64,000 nt of DNA from a virus. Below the pieces are notes generated by a model, which saw nothing but the letters and a program-made list of their open reading frames with translations, searched no databases and was not told where the DNA came from. This document shows, in pieces, positions 18,865-29,325 of the stretch (positions are counted from its first letter, which is position 1; each line of letters starts with the position of its first letter). Location of the stretch: IMG/VR virus record IMGVR_UViG_3300026097_000011, positions 1-64,000 of that record. One strand, 5' to 3'. Made by a program: the position numbers and the translations under genes.

Positions 18865-19371
18865 TTACATCTTACCGAACAAAAAGTTCTCTGTTATTAT
18901 GCCAAATTTCATATTATGAGCTTTAGCATATGCTTTAGCTGCTTTGAATTTATCTGTATTAACAACATATGCTCTCGCATGAGATACAAAACTTCGTGTT
19001 TGTTTTTCAGTCATTCTTTTTGGAGTCTTAGGTGGAAGTATATACTTGTTAGGTTTAACTTCAATTAACCATTCACGCTCTACTCCATTAGCATTACGTG
19101 TTTTCATATATCCATCTACCCAATATGTTGCCTCTCGTTTATCTATTGAGTGCCAGTATTTAATTCCAATAGGCTCTGAAGCATATTCAATTACCATTGG
19201 ATTTTCGTCACAGAATTTAAAGAACTTGAATTCCCAGCCTGATCGATATATAATTTGAGTAAGATCTCCCTTATATTTTTGAGGATTTTTAGGCACAAAA
19301 TATCCTTGACGAATACGCTTGCCCGTTCTAGGTTTTAGGAAAGATTTTATGTTTTTATCCTTGTTGCTCAT
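18865..19371 (-). CDS. Head completion nuclease (T4 gp4/TnsA-like)
   Basis: PKNPQKYKGD..IIYRSGWE..CD..SEP..IEVKP..KFGIITE. Confidence 0.9.
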   Translation of the reverse strand: MSNKDKNIKSFLKPRTGKRIRQGYFVPKNPQKYKGDLTQIIYRSGWEFKFFKFCDENPMVIEYASEPIGIKYWHSIDKREATYWVDGYMKTRNANGVEREWLIEVKPNKYILPPKTPKRMTEKQTRSFVSHARAYVVNTDKFKAAKAYAKAHNMKFGIITENFLFGKM

Positions 19372-19418
19372 ATATACTTATTTATTCAAAGATAAATAAA
19401 TTAAAGATTTATATATTT

Positions 19419-19931
19419 ATGAAAACTCATATATTTAAATATAAGAATTGGAAGAAGATACATGAGAATACTTCAAATAATTCTATATATTCACATTTAA
19501 ACTCTATTAGAAAAGGTGATGAATATGAGTACACAGATGAATATCATGAGTCTATCACTATCGAAATAATATCGATGAATGATTATGTATTCAAGGAAAG
19601 CGCCGACAGTTCAATATATGATGAAATATATAGATTAGAGCTAGATGATATTTTGTTAGATGATAATTCGTCTGATGAATTTGACAATAATTACAAAGAA
19701 TTTCATGTTCGAAATAATACAATTGAAGGTAAATTCGACGCAGTGATATCTGTGGTAATTAATGATCATTTAAAATGGCAAATTCGCGACGCTGATTACG
19801 GAACAGAAATTGACGTATCATCTGGAAATGACGATTTTAACGATGATTATAATGGTACTATGATGGTTAGTGCAATCGAAGAATATCTAAAATTAGATTG
19901 GACTAATGGTTACATATATAGTATTGAATAA
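19419..19931 (+). CDS. Acidic hypothetical late protein
   Basis: GATAAATA upstream; IFKYKNWKKIHE. Confidence 0.7.
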   Translation: MKTHIFKYKNWKKIHENTSNNSIYSHLNSIRKGDEYEYTDEYHESITIEIISMNDYVFKESADSSIYDEIYRLELDDILLDDNSSDEFDNNYKEFHVRNNTIEGKFDAVISVVINDHLKWQIRDADYGTEIDVSSGNDDFNDDYNGTMMVSAIEEYLKLDWTNGYIYSIE

Positions 19932-19956
19932 AAAAGCCCTCCGTTAGGAAGGCTTT
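19931..19956. terminator. Putative intrinsic terminator
   Basis: AAAAAGCCcTCC-gtta-GGAaGGCTTT between convergent genes. Confidence 0.6.
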
Positions 19957-19986
19957 GGCTTATAGTACAGCGACCATAAGGGGGCG

Positions 19987-20208
19987 TTAGAATAAATCTG
20001 ACCAATTGGTTTTAGAATATTCTATAGCTTCAGGTAATGTAATATTTTGATTCTCCTGTTGAGCCACGAAAATACCGTATATTAATACTGCGGTTTGTTC
20101 GTCATTAAGCTCGGTTAATTCAGACATCAATATTTTAATACTTGATGTAATCTTATTAAGAGATTGTGGTTCCTTAGGCATATTAATTACGGCTATATCC
20201 CCAGGCAT
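19987..20208 (-). CDS. Hypothetical protein
   Basis: 73-aa ORF (start possibly MPKEP). Confidence 0.55.
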   Translation of the reverse strand: MPGDIAVINMPKEPQSLNKITSSIKILMSELTELNDEQTAVLIYGIFVAQQENQNITLPEAIEYSKTNWSDLF

Positions 20209-20776
20209 CGAGTAATGTACCTCGCGTTACACCGCTAAATTCGTCTCTTATTCTTTCTTCTAGTGTTCCAAGATTTCTTCTATTAGAAGCAGCCCTTGCA
20301 TTAAATCGTTCAGCTATTTTAGCCATTAATTCTGGTTTATGTTGATGTCGGTTGGCAATCCTTAGGATTGTTTGTTCATCAGTACCATCAAGAGTTCCAC
20401 CCATAGCTCTAGCGATTTGAAATGCTTGTTCATCTGCATAATCACTAGTTATTCCAGACTGCTCATTTAGCTTAGTATCAATAAATGAGTCAGCTTCATG
20501 AGGTCCAAGTTTTCCTTTTTCTACTAACTTAACAATAAGAGCGGATATTGCAAGATGCTCTCCTTTTTTTCCTTCAGGGATCTCAACTTCATTTCTCTCA
20601 AATGATTTTTTAAGATCTTCAAATGCTTCTCTTGCACATTCTTCTACGTCTGCTTCAGATCCAACTAGATCAACTAAAGAGTCCAGTATTGTTTCGTCCA
20701 TGTCCATTTCAACTTCTGCGTTCTCATTAATGATACTTGCGTTGAATGATGCAAATGATGTATGTAATCTATTCAT
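20183..20776 (-). CDS. Late protein with C-terminal annexin-like repeat
   Basis: AFQIARAMGGTLDGTDEQTILRI...LEERIRDEFSG. Confidence 0.65.
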   Translation of the reverse strand: MNRLHTSFASFNASIINENAEVEMDMDETILDSLVDLVGSEADVEECAREAFEDLKKSFERNEVEIPEGKKGEHLAISALIVKLVEKGKLGPHEADSFIDTKLNEQSGITSDYADEQAFQIARAMGGTLDGTDEQTILRIANRHQHKPELMAKIAERFNARAASNRRNLGTLEERIRDEFSGVTRGTLLDAWGYSRN

Positions 20777-20806
20777 TGTGATTAAACTTTTTATTATTTA
20801 TTCAAT

Positions 20807-21937
20807 TTACACAAATAATAAATCAAATGGAGATTCAGAAAAATTAGACAGTATGATCTCATTAAATTCGTCATATGTTTTTCTATCTCCCATCTTATCA
20901 TAGAAATTATATAAATTATTAATATCCTTGATACCGTTTACATCATTGCGATTATTTGGATATTGATCTCTTAATTGTTTAATTAATTTAGACCATAGGA
21001 ATACTGAATATCCGTCTTGTAATAACTTGAATGTTTCCTTCTTACCAGCAGAATCATTGTCGAAGAGTATACGACCATTCTTCTTTGACACTAATGTACC
21101 AAGTATATTCTTACCTTTGGTTACACCAGTGGTGGCTATTGAATTCTTAAGGAACATGGCATCAATCTGACCTTCTAATACGATAATAGGTTCGTTAAAA
21201 TTGATGTTAAGAATATTGAAGTAACTATTAACGATGTCAATTTTGGTTATAATTGCTTCATCAATTGCGTCAATTAATTTATTTTTTACAAACTGAGAGT
21301 AATTTTTAATATCGTATTTAGGTCCTGAATAATCATCATTGATTCTACGTATTGATAACCCTAGCACTCTGCCTGATCTTAAATCTAAATTGAATATGTA
21401 GATTTTATCCTGTCTACTATCGTAATAACACGATTTGTCAAATGCAGGAAGCTCTCGTATATTTCTACCTGTAACGTATTCTCCAATAGGAGAATCAAGC
21501 GGAGCATCTGAACATTTCTTTAAAAAGAATCGGACTGCTAATTCCTTAAAGTCAATTAGAACACTCTTAACTTTAGGATCCATTAAGAACATTATCAACT
21601 CGCCACGTTTAGTTCCATGCTGGATCTTACGATCAGGCTCTACATTAATCATGCTAGGAATTGGAAGCTGATGCTTCATTGCCCAATGAGAAACGAATTT
21701 TGGAAGCTTTGTAAATATTAAGCATCCATCATTGAAGCATTTGTATGTACCAGTTTTAAGGAATATATTACCCCTCTTTTTAGATACATCACTTTCTGAA
21801 TCTCCACAATATGGACATGCAAAATTAAGCTTGTCATCATCTTCATTTACTTGCTGCTTGAATCTATTTCCAGGAAATGATTGCTTTAATACATCGCTAA
21901 CAAACTCAGATATATTGTACGTTGTTTCAGTCTTCAT
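20807..21937 (-). CDS. DNA primase (T4 gp61-like)
   Basis: CPYCGDS..KKRG..CFNDGC zinc finger; TOPRIM VLEGQID, FDND. Confidence 0.9.
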   Translation of the reverse strand: MKTETTYNISEFVSDVLKQSFPGNRFKQQVNEDDDKLNFACPYCGDSESDVSKKRGNIFLKTGTYKCFNDGCLIFTKLPKFVSHWAMKHQLPIPSMINVEPDRKIQHGTKRGELIMFLMDPKVKSVLIDFKELAVRFFLKKCSDAPLDSPIGEYVTGRNIRELPAFDKSCYYDSRQDKIYIFNLDLRSGRVLGLSIRRINDDYSGPKYDIKNYSQFVKNKLIDAIDEAIITKIDIVNSYFNILNINFNEPIIVLEGQIDAMFLKNSIATTGVTKGKNILGTLVSKKNGRILFDNDSAGKKETFKLLQDGYSVFLWSKLIKQLRDQYPNNRNDVNGIKDINNLYNFYDKMGDRKTYDEFNEIILSNFSESPFDLLFV

Positions 21938-21938
21938 A

Positions 21939-23501
21939 TTATATGCTTTGTGCAGCTTTCTCCGCCTTCTCTCTTGCCTTTCTGTCTTTCTCTTCCTGTC
22001 TAGCCTTTGCCTTATCTTTCTTTTCTTCTGCCTTTCTCTCCTTCTCTTTCTCTTTTTCAGCATTAATTCTTGCGGTTTCTGCTAGTCCCTCTGGAGAGAA
22101 CGCTCCAATTCCAAGCTTCTTTGATATTCTATTAATAAACGGCTTTAGATTCTTATTGATGATGATCACCGTATTTAAACCATATTTAGTTATGATTTCT
22201 AGATATTCATCAAAGTCTTCCTCTGGGACATCTGCGTCCGGATCTTCTATTACACTCCAAAATTTCTCTGGAACTTCTTCGTGCTCTAGGGTAGCCTCAC
22301 ATATTACATGAAGTGGGTACTTCTGTTCATATGTCATCGGCTTTTTAGTTTTTGAGGTTTTAAATACTATAGATCTTTTTAAATTCTGATCAATTGTATT
22401 TATCCCAATTGCCTTTAGTATTCTATTAATCGGTTCAATTATCAAAACAAAAAACTGTTGATCATAATCTAATTCAGGAATAATTTCCGTTGGATATTGA
22501 CCTGGATTATATGCAAATAAATCTATTCCAAACTCATTTGGTTTACAATATAACATTTGATACTTACTTCCTTGTCTAATTCTAGGATATCTACCCTCTA
22601 ATTCGTTTTTAAGTATCAAGTGATTATGGTGCATAACTGCCTTTGGACCGTTTGCTGCTCCTTTTTTAAGAGTACATTTTTCTTCGCTCTGTACATATTT
22701 ATCATATTGACGAAGATTGAAACTTTGAGAATATTCATCAGGACGTAGAGTTAAAAATTCCTCTTTTACTTTTTCTATTTTTGGAATAAGATCCTTTTCT
22801 AAATCAAAATCAGTACCTGCCTTTAGTAAATATTCGATGAATTCTGTTTGATGCTCTCTTGCCCATATAGGATAAGACGCTTTTATAGGTTCAAGTCCTT
22901 TAATTAAAAGGTATCTCTCATCCATTGGATATAGTTCCTCTTTTGGATTTGGCTCATACGCTACTTTAAGTACATAATTCTTTTTCTTAATCCAAACTGC
23001 GTTTGTTGCAATAAGCTCCAGTTTAAATGTTTGGCGATTAACAGTGTTGAATCTCTCTGACCATTTTTCAAAAGCAGTGTCATAAAATTCTTTGATTCTG
23101 TGTTTATCTATTTCAATACATAATCTCATGAATTCGTCTTCTGTTAATTCTAACCCCTCTATTGATTTCAATGCTGGTTCAAAATTAACATACGTAGAAT
23201 CTGTATCTGTGTATACTGCGATTATTTCGTCTGGATCTATTTTGTTAATTTTACGATCAGCGTATCCTAGTTTTTCATGAAGCTCAGTATCATCATGCCA
23301 TCTATTTTTAAAATAGAAATCAATTGCTTTATTTGCGAACTTAATCATATCTTGCCCCTGGAGTGTAATAGATTGAGCGATATCTGGGTTGTAAAAATAA
23401 AACCATTTATTTCCAAATGCCCCGTAGATAGAATTAATAAGAATTTTAATCGCTCCTTGTCTCAGGCTCAATTGTTTGATTTTTTTCGCTTTATCTTCCA
23501 T
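21939..23501 (-). CDS. Family B DNA polymerase, C-terminal subunit (split gp43)
   Basis: KILINSIYG (motif B) at residue ~19, YTDTDS (motif C), KKNY; no exonuclease or motif A. Confidence 0.9.
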   Translation of the reverse strand: MEDKAKKIKQLSLRQGAIKILINSIYGAFGNKWFYFYNPDIAQSITLQGQDMIKFANKAIDFYFKNRWHDDTELHEKLGYADRKINKIDPDEIIAVYTDTDSTYVNFEPALKSIEGLELTEDEFMRLCIEIDKHRIKEFYDTAFEKWSERFNTVNRQTFKLELIATNAVWIKKKNYVLKVAYEPNPKEELYPMDERYLLIKGLEPIKASYPIWAREHQTEFIEYLLKAGTDFDLEKDLIPKIEKVKEEFLTLRPDEYSQSFNLRQYDKYVQSEEKCTLKKGAANGPKAVMHHNHLILKNELEGRYPRIRQGSKYQMLYCKPNEFGIDLFAYNPGQYPTEIIPELDYDQQFFVLIIEPINRILKAIGINTIDQNLKRSIVFKTSKTKKPMTYEQKYPLHVICEATLEHEEVPEKFWSVIEDPDADVPEEDFDEYLEIITKYGLNTVIIINKNLKPFINRISKKLGIGAFSPEGLAETARINAEKEKEKERKAEEKKDKAKARQEEKDRKAREKAEKAAQSI

Positions 23502-23557
23502 ATTCTCAAGTTATATTCTGTTATATCTTATATAAATAATTAAAAGAAGGTTTTATT

Positions 23558-24175
23558 ATGGACGATCAAGTAGATGAACTATCAGGGGAACTTGCTATAT
23601 TTGAAGCATTTCCATATTTATCATCATTTCCATTCTCAGATTACACTATGCAACTGGATTCGCTAGATGATTATTCAACCACTGCGGATATTGACCCAAT
23701 AATAATTGAGGCAGCTAGTAACTTCGTAAAACCTGAATTCGTCAACTTTAACTATGTCGGTAAATATACTAAAGTTACGTTATCTTTTTATACATATGAT
23801 ATTGTTTTTATTTCAGAAAACGTAGATCATATTAAGAAATTAGACTCAGTTCGAGAAGCATTAGACCAGGGATTAGATTCAATGGATATAATTGATAAAA
23901 TTTTAATGATTAAAAAAGGTGAGAAGTTCTTAAGGAAAATAGGTGGAAGTTTAGTTGCAGGAAAGGCATTCAGTGCATTGCTAGATACAATACTAACTAC
24001 CAATGAAATAACAATTGAATCAAAGACGCTCAACAAAATTAAATCAATGTTTAAGACTGTAGATTATGAAAAATTCGACGAGAGAACAAAGAATTGTATT
24101 AGGTCGTATTTTGACATACATTTACATCACATAAAAATATTGCTAGGTATAGTAATTGCAACAAAAATTCACTAA
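23558..24175 (+). CDS. Hypothetical protein
   Basis: 205 aa; TATAAATA at 23531. Confidence 0.7.
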   Translation: MDDQVDELSGELAIFEAFPYLSSFPFSDYTMQLDSLDDYSTTADIDPIIIEAASNFVKPEFVNFNYVGKYTKVTLSFYTYDIVFISENVDHIKKLDSVREALDQGLDSMDIIDKILMIKKGEKFLRKIGGSLVAGKAFSALLDTILTTNEITIESKTLNKIKSMFKTVDYEKFDERTKNCIRSYFDIHLHHIKILLGIVIATKIH

Positions 24176-24189
24176 AAAAACAATATGCA

Positions 24190-24960
24190 ATGGCAAGGAG
24201 AAAATACGGCGAGGATGATATCGAGGAAGAAATCGCACAGTGGGAATTAGATAGAAAAAATCAAATAACAAAAAGCATGCTAAAGGACAAAGGGATAAAC
24301 ATTAAATGTAGAGGTAAAAAACAAAAAGAGGTAATTAAACTAATTGACGATAAAGACATTAGTATTGTAATAGGGCCTCCTGGAACAGGAAAGACTTATT
24401 TAGCTTGTGCTAAAGCTCTTAAATTCGTAAAGGACAATCCTGGAACTTACAAAAAGATTACTCTTATTAAATCTGTAAATGTTCCAAAGGACGAAGAAAT
24501 TGGTTACTTAAAAGGAACCATGGAAGAGAAGATGGAAATGTATATGTACCCATTCATAAGTAACTTCGAAAAGATTATCGGTAAAGTAGAAACAACTGCA
24601 CTTAGAACGAATGGAGTTATAGATATCCTACCTATTAAGTTTGCACTTGGAGTTACATTAGACGATTCAATCATAATCATAGATGAAGCTCAACAGATAT
24701 CAAAGGATAACCTTAGAACTTTAATGACTAGAATTGGTCAAAATGCAAAAATTATATTCCTAGGAGATGTTAAGCAGAAGTCTGTTAACAAACAAAGAAA
24801 AAGCGCTCTGGAATTGCTAATTGAACACTTCGATGGTATTGAAGAAATGGGATGTGTAGAACTTACAGAAAATGATGTAGTTAGACATCCAATTATTAAG
24901 AAGATTATCAGAGTTTTTGAAAAAATAGAAAAGGCAGAAGATTTAAATGGCCAAGGATAA
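24190..24960 (+). CDS. phoH: PhoH-like ATPase
   Basis: GPPGTGKT, IGYLKG, IIDEAQ, TRIG, GDVKQ, DVVRHP. Confidence 0.93.
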   Translation: MARRKYGEDDIEEEIAQWELDRKNQITKSMLKDKGINIKCRGKKQKEVIKLIDDKDISIVIGPPGTGKTYLACAKALKFVKDNPGTYKKITLIKSVNVPKDEEIGYLKGTMEEKMEMYMYPFISNFEKIIGKVETTALRTNGVIDILPIKFALGVTLDDSIIIIDEAQQISKDNLRTLMTRIGQNAKIIFLGDVKQKSVNKQRKSALELLIEHFDGIEEMGCVELTENDVVRHPIIKKIIRVFEKIEKAEDLNGQG

Positions 24961-24976
24961 TTATTGTAGAGTGGAG

Positions 24977-26692
24977 CTACTTAGTAAATTTTGATAGCTC
25001 TACTCTTTTACTTCCAAGTATTTCAAACTCCTGGCTCTTATAGATATCTAGTCTTATATCTGAGTGTTTTACTGAATATCCTTTTAAGTCGTCAATAATA
25101 TCCCAAATCACAACAACATTTTTTCCAATAAGGAATCTCATTCCACGACCAACTGCCTGTCTAATTGTGATTTCAGCCTTGGTTGATTCTACGAATACAA
25201 TATGATGAACGTTCTTAAGGTCAATACCTGTTGCAAATGTTCCATATGAAGCGACGATGATAACGTCATCTTGCGCTTCCATCATATCTTTAAACACTTC
25301 ACGATCTGAGTTCTCAACTCCACCATCAATATAGAATGTATTTTCATTCCATTCTTTAAGTTTTTCTTGTATTCTTAATCCATATTCATTCTTAACATCA
25401 GAAAATAGGACAAGCGTATTCTTTCCAAACTTACTAATAAGAGTACTTATGAATTTCAGCCTTTCTTCACTATCAAATATTATTTGCTTTTCTATTTCAA
25501 GCATTCTTTTACCAAACTCCTCAGGCTTCCTGAATTGATCCTTTACTTTTTTACGTAGTTCCTTATCAGTTTGTATTTTAAGATACTCAGCGACTGTCGG
25601 ATCAATCCTGTCGTATTCTAAATATACCTGCTTTATTTTAATTTCAGGTGAATAGTCATTATCGATTAGGAACTTAGCACTTAAGGTCATAACCAATGGA
25701 CCAGTTCTTTCTTGCATTGTAAAGAAATCTGAAAATTCTAGATCAATTTTCATTGTTCCGGATAAGCCTAGTTTATATTCCCAGTTTCTACAAGATTCTA
25801 ATATATCTCCAATTGAATTACCTCTTGCTTTATGTGCCTCATCAACTCCTACTACTGAAAACTCTGAACATATATCCATTAACCTAGAATTAGATAACTT
25901 TCTTTTGATATTCATAATATCAGACTGACGCTTTTCCTCTTCTCCTTTCTTGATTCTCTTCATAATTAGATTCTCAAGTTTATTCTCTAGACACTTAGGA
26001 ACAAGATTAAGCATACTTTGATAAGTAGTTATCATCATATCACATTCTTCAAATTTATCAGGATCAAATTCTCCCTTCTTACCACCAACTGTGTGGATAT
26101 TCCATTCAACTAGTCCATTTGAAAAATTTCTGAACGCTTTAGCAGTTTGATTAACTAGTCCAACATTAGGGACTATTAGAAGTGCTTTCTTATCTTTATT
26201 TACGATTCCCTTATGTTTTAAATAAGAAAAATACGTATAAAAGATAGAAGTTTTCCCACTGGATGTTGCGAGCTCTTCACAGCAAAACTTATACTTAAGT
26301 GCTCTAAACGCTCCCTCATATTGATAATCCCTCGGGTAAAACGGCTCACCCTTATCAGTAGTGATTCCGTCATATAGTGAATTGACAAATTCTTCATAAT
26401 CGTGTCTGTTTAATTCTAGATCTAAATGAGACTTGATTCCTTCTATTTTAGTAGGAATATTATAGATCTTTGTGAACTCTGAAACTTCTCTCCAGAGTCC
26501 AATTGGAATTGTAAATTCCTTGGTCATGAAATGGTCACAGCCGTCCCATGTACCGTTTTCAACGGATGCATTAAAAGCTGCCGCCTTAGACTTCTTTTTA
26601 AAGAAACTATAGATATAATCTCTCTCAGAAGAAAGGTCATAATACGTGAGCTTTAAGTGTTTATGGTCATCGGTTATACCGAACTTTAACAT
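24977..26692 (-). CDS. uvsW: SF2 DNA helicase (UvsW-like)
   Basis: WDG, PRDYQ, ATSSGKT, DEAH, GLSGT, ASYGTFATGID, QAVGRGMR. Confidence 0.88.
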   Translation of the reverse strand: MLKFGITDDHKHLKLTYYDLSSERDYIYSFFKKKSKAAAFNASVENGTWDGCDHFMTKEFTIPIGLWREVSEFTKIYNIPTKIEGIKSHLDLELNRHDYEEFVNSLYDGITTDKGEPFYPRDYQYEGAFRALKYKFCCEELATSSGKTSIFYTYFSYLKHKGIVNKDKKALLIVPNVGLVNQTAKAFRNFSNGLVEWNIHTVGGKKGEFDPDKFEECDMMITTYQSMLNLVPKCLENKLENLIMKRIKKGEEEKRQSDIMNIKRKLSNSRLMDICSEFSVVGVDEAHKARGNSIGDILESCRNWEYKLGLSGTMKIDLEFSDFFTMQERTGPLVMTLSAKFLIDNDYSPEIKIKQVYLEYDRIDPTVAEYLKIQTDKELRKKVKDQFRKPEEFGKRMLEIEKQIIFDSEERLKFISTLISKFGKNTLVLFSDVKNEYGLRIQEKLKEWNENTFYIDGGVENSDREVFKDMMEAQDDVIIVASYGTFATGIDLKNVHHIVFVESTKAEITIRQAVGRGMRFLIGKNVVVIWDIIDDLKGYSVKHSDIRLDIYKSQEFEILGSKRVELSKFTK

Positions 26693-27178
26693 TTACATAC
26701 CTAATGTTTTTTCTATCTCAACTCTTGTTTTAATTCCAAACAAGACGTTGTCGACAGTTTTAATGGAATCTACGAAAAATGTAATTTGATTTTCTATAGT
26801 ATCTACCATTTCTTTAACATTGGCAGTTTTACCGTCTATGATTACATTCTTTTCATTATATTGATACCTATGGTGAACCTGAGTAGATAACTCTTCCATT
26901 ATTGAGCTTCTAGCATTTCTATATGCCTTTTTAACAGAAGATAGATTTTCTATGAGAATGTGGCTGTCTTCTAATAATCGTTGTCTCATTGATAACATTT
27001 TAACCTGTACTTCTTTTAATCCAGTCATTCCGGTTCTCATAAGATCAATACATTCTCGTATTTCCGCAGAAATAGTGCCACGAGTTTTACTATATTTAGC
27101 ACACAATTCCTCCAAATGGTCTTTCGGCTTTGGAGGAGTGTCATTTATAAATTCATCTAAGTTATCGTATTCTTCCAT
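26693..27178 (-). CDS. Possible UvsY-like recombination mediator
   Basis: Helical 161-aa protein directly upstream of uvsW; C-terminus resembles UvsY. Confidence 0.45.
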   Translation of the reverse strand: MEEYDNLDEFINDTPPKPKDHLEELCAKYSKTRGTISAEIRECIDLMRTGMTGLKEVQVKMLSMRQRLLEDSHILIENLSSVKKAYRNARSSIMEELSTQVHHRYQYNEKNVIIDGKTANVKEMVDTIENQITFFVDSIKTVDNVLFGIKTRVEIEKTLGM

Positions 27179-27209
27179 GTAGTATTTTACTCGTAAATTG
27201 AATACGGTT

Positions 27210-28178
27210 TTATAGATTCTTTAGCATCTCAACTAACTCTGGCTGAGGAAAGCAATCGAATTTGTCGCGACGCACTGTCGTGTGAGACCATACTCCTTTT
27301 TCTTTTCCATAATATACATCATGATTAAATTCGAATGCATCCTTTGGAGAAACTCCGTTTTTAAGTAGTTTTGGAATACCTGCAAAAATATCAATTGACG
27401 GATATGTTTTTGCAACGTGCTTAAGTAGTAATCTTAAACTTTCTATCTGAGCATCTGTATATTTGTGCCAATATCTATGTCCTCTAAATTCGTATCCTAG
27501 ATCGCAAACCATATCAACTGGAACTTCAACGTCTACATAGTTATAATACTTATTGCCTCGTTTTTCAGCATATCCAAAGTTGTTAATTTCAACACCTGAT
27601 GAATATTTAGAAGTATTAAAATCTCCTACTTTTCCAAGGTGCCATCCGATGTAATTATTAGGGAAACATTCTACGACTTGACCATCATACTTATCATCCC
27701 CGTATTTTCCTCTTCTGATTGAAACTCCACCAATACAATATTGAGTACATACTCTTCCTCTCTTATCTCTATTCCAAGAATTAATTGTATTATAAGGATT
27801 ATTCCAACCTGCAGTATGATGTATAAAAAATATTTCGGGTTCCAATTTTCCGTAATCTCTAACATATTCATCAGAATCAAGATATGCTCTGTCTATAACT
27901 AATCCATCCTCTGTTGTATAGCTCCCATGGTATGCTAATTTATTATCAGTGTCGTTTGAATCGTCGAATCCTGTTCTATCAGTATCTACTTCGATTCCAC
28001 CTTCTGCTAATACATCCATTGTAGCGGGACCTGCAATTCCATCTGGAGTTAACTTATTTTCCCTTTGAAATTTAATTACAACTGCTTCCGTATATGGTCC
28101 AAAATGTCCATCTGCTGTTATTCCAAGTAATAGCTGAAGTTCTCTTACTGCATTTCCCTTGTCTCCCTTTTTTAACAT
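27210..28178 (-). CDS. N-acetylmuramoyl-L-alanine amidase with PG-binding domain (endolysin candidate)
   Basis: ADGHFGP/PDGIAGP repeats; IHHTAG, WHLG, GVEINN, WSH..RRDKFDC. Confidence 0.9.
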   Translation of the reverse strand: MLKKGDKGNAVRELQLLLGITADGHFGPYTEAVVIKFQRENKLTPDGIAGPATMDVLAEGGIEVDTDRTGFDDSNDTDNKLAYHGSYTTEDGLVIDRAYLDSDEYVRDYGKLEPEIFFIHHTAGWNNPYNTINSWNRDKRGRVCTQYCIGGVSIRRGKYGDDKYDGQVVECFPNNYIGWHLGKVGDFNTSKYSSGVEINNFGYAEKRGNKYYNYVDVEVPVDMVCDLGYEFRGHRYWHKYTDAQIESLRLLLKHVAKTYPSIDIFAGIPKLLKNGVSPKDAFEFNHDVYYGKEKGVWSHTTVRRDKFDCFPQPELVEMLKNL

Positions 28179-28197
28179 AATTTATTATGATTATTTT

Positions 28198-28674
28198 TTA
28201 ACTTATAAATTTATAGTATTTACTATCAATTGAATAAAAATCTTCGATGTCCATATCTTCAATATCATTTGATGTTAATAGATTACCTCCCATATCTACT
28301 TGATCTCCTTCTACATATAGAGAAGGAACATTGGTTCCATATTCTCCAATTACTATTCTAAGAATATCAAATCTTTTTTCAAGTTCTAGAACTCTCTTAT
28401 TAAGGTCAGTTCCTTCTCCGAATATGAATACACTTGGATATTTAACATGGTCTCCGTCTGATTTCAATAGGTGAAATTCTTGCTCTATATACTTTTCATC
28501 ATATAGGTCTCTTTCAATACATTCAGATCTAGAATCTTCATCCTTGAAATCAATTATTATAAATGGTAGCTTAGCTTGAATAGTATTTCGAACATCTGGC
28601 CATGAGTAGTGTTTTTCTAAACTTTTCTTCTCAAGGTCGGTATATTCTTCGTATAAACGGATATATTTACGCAT
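28198..28674 (-). CDS. Hypothetical late protein
   Basis: YIRLYEEY; ATAAATA upstream. Confidence 0.7.
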   Translation of the reverse strand: MRKYIRLYEEYTDLEKKSLEKHYSWPDVRNTIQAKLPFIIIDFKDEDSRSECIERDLYDEKYIEQEFHLLKSDGDHVKYPSVFIFGEGTDLNKRVLELEKRFDILRIVIGEYGTNVPSLYVEGDQVDMGGNLLTSNDIEDMDIEDFYSIDSKYYKFIS

Positions 28675-28718
28675 GTAGATTCCTTTTTGTTTATTTATTT
28701 AATTAAAAACCATACAAT

Positions 28719-29309
28719 ATGATAGTTTTAGTAGAAGGCCCAAGAGGAGCGGGAAAATCCCACTTGATCGACAATTTCTTCGCTCAGAATAAGGACAATA
28801 GATTCATTTATTATAAATGGGGATTTGCTGGATGGGTTGAGGCTCTTGGAATCAAGGAAAATAGAGAAGCAACTCACTATTTTAGTTTGGCAAACATTCT
28901 AACAATATTGGAAATGGGTAATACTCTATTCAAAGACAAAGTATTAGTGCTGGATCGATCTATATTTTCAGCATATGTATGGGCAGCATATAGAAACAGG
29001 CTTCCTAGGTTTGAATTAATAATGGAGCTTAAAAAAATACTATCGAGTACAATATATCATTCATGTAATACAGTATTCATTAATAGAGATGAAAGAGTAT
29101 CAGAATTTAACAGAGGAAAAAAGGATATTTTTGATAAGTATGAAAATTACAGATTAGAAAAGCAGGAATTTGATGAATTATTTAGAATATTCAATAAAGA
29201 AATAAACAAATGGGATCGTGGAAATAACTCAATACTATTTAATAATAAATTTGATATTAAAAGCCAGATTGAATTCAATAAATTATTGAATAGTTTTGTT
29301 GATAAATAA
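28719..29309 (+). CDS. Deoxynucleoside monophosphate/thymidylate kinase-like
   Basis: VEGPRGAGKS P-loop; LDRSIFSAYVW. Confidence 0.8.
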   Translation: MIVLVEGPRGAGKSHLIDNFFAQNKDNRFIYYKWGFAGWVEALGIKENREATHYFSLANILTILEMGNTLFKDKVLVLDRSIFSAYVWAAYRNRLPRFELIMELKKILSSTIYHSCNTVFINRDERVSEFNRGKKDIFDKYENYRLEKQEFDELFRIFNKEINKWDRGNNSILFNNKFDIKSQIEFNKLLNSFVDK

Positions 29310-29325
29310 TAAAAAATTCATTGCC

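Noticed and set aside
21938-22063. Arg/Lys-rich N-terminal extension of the primase
   Set aside because: Alternative-frame reading of the polymerase's charged tail; ATG at 21937 directly follows the polymerase stop
21435-23543. Antisense and overlapping short ORFs in the track (also 7430, 8378, 36184, 37644, 39743, 58002 and others)
   Set aside because: Shadows of strongly supported genes, with low-complexity S/F/L-rich translations
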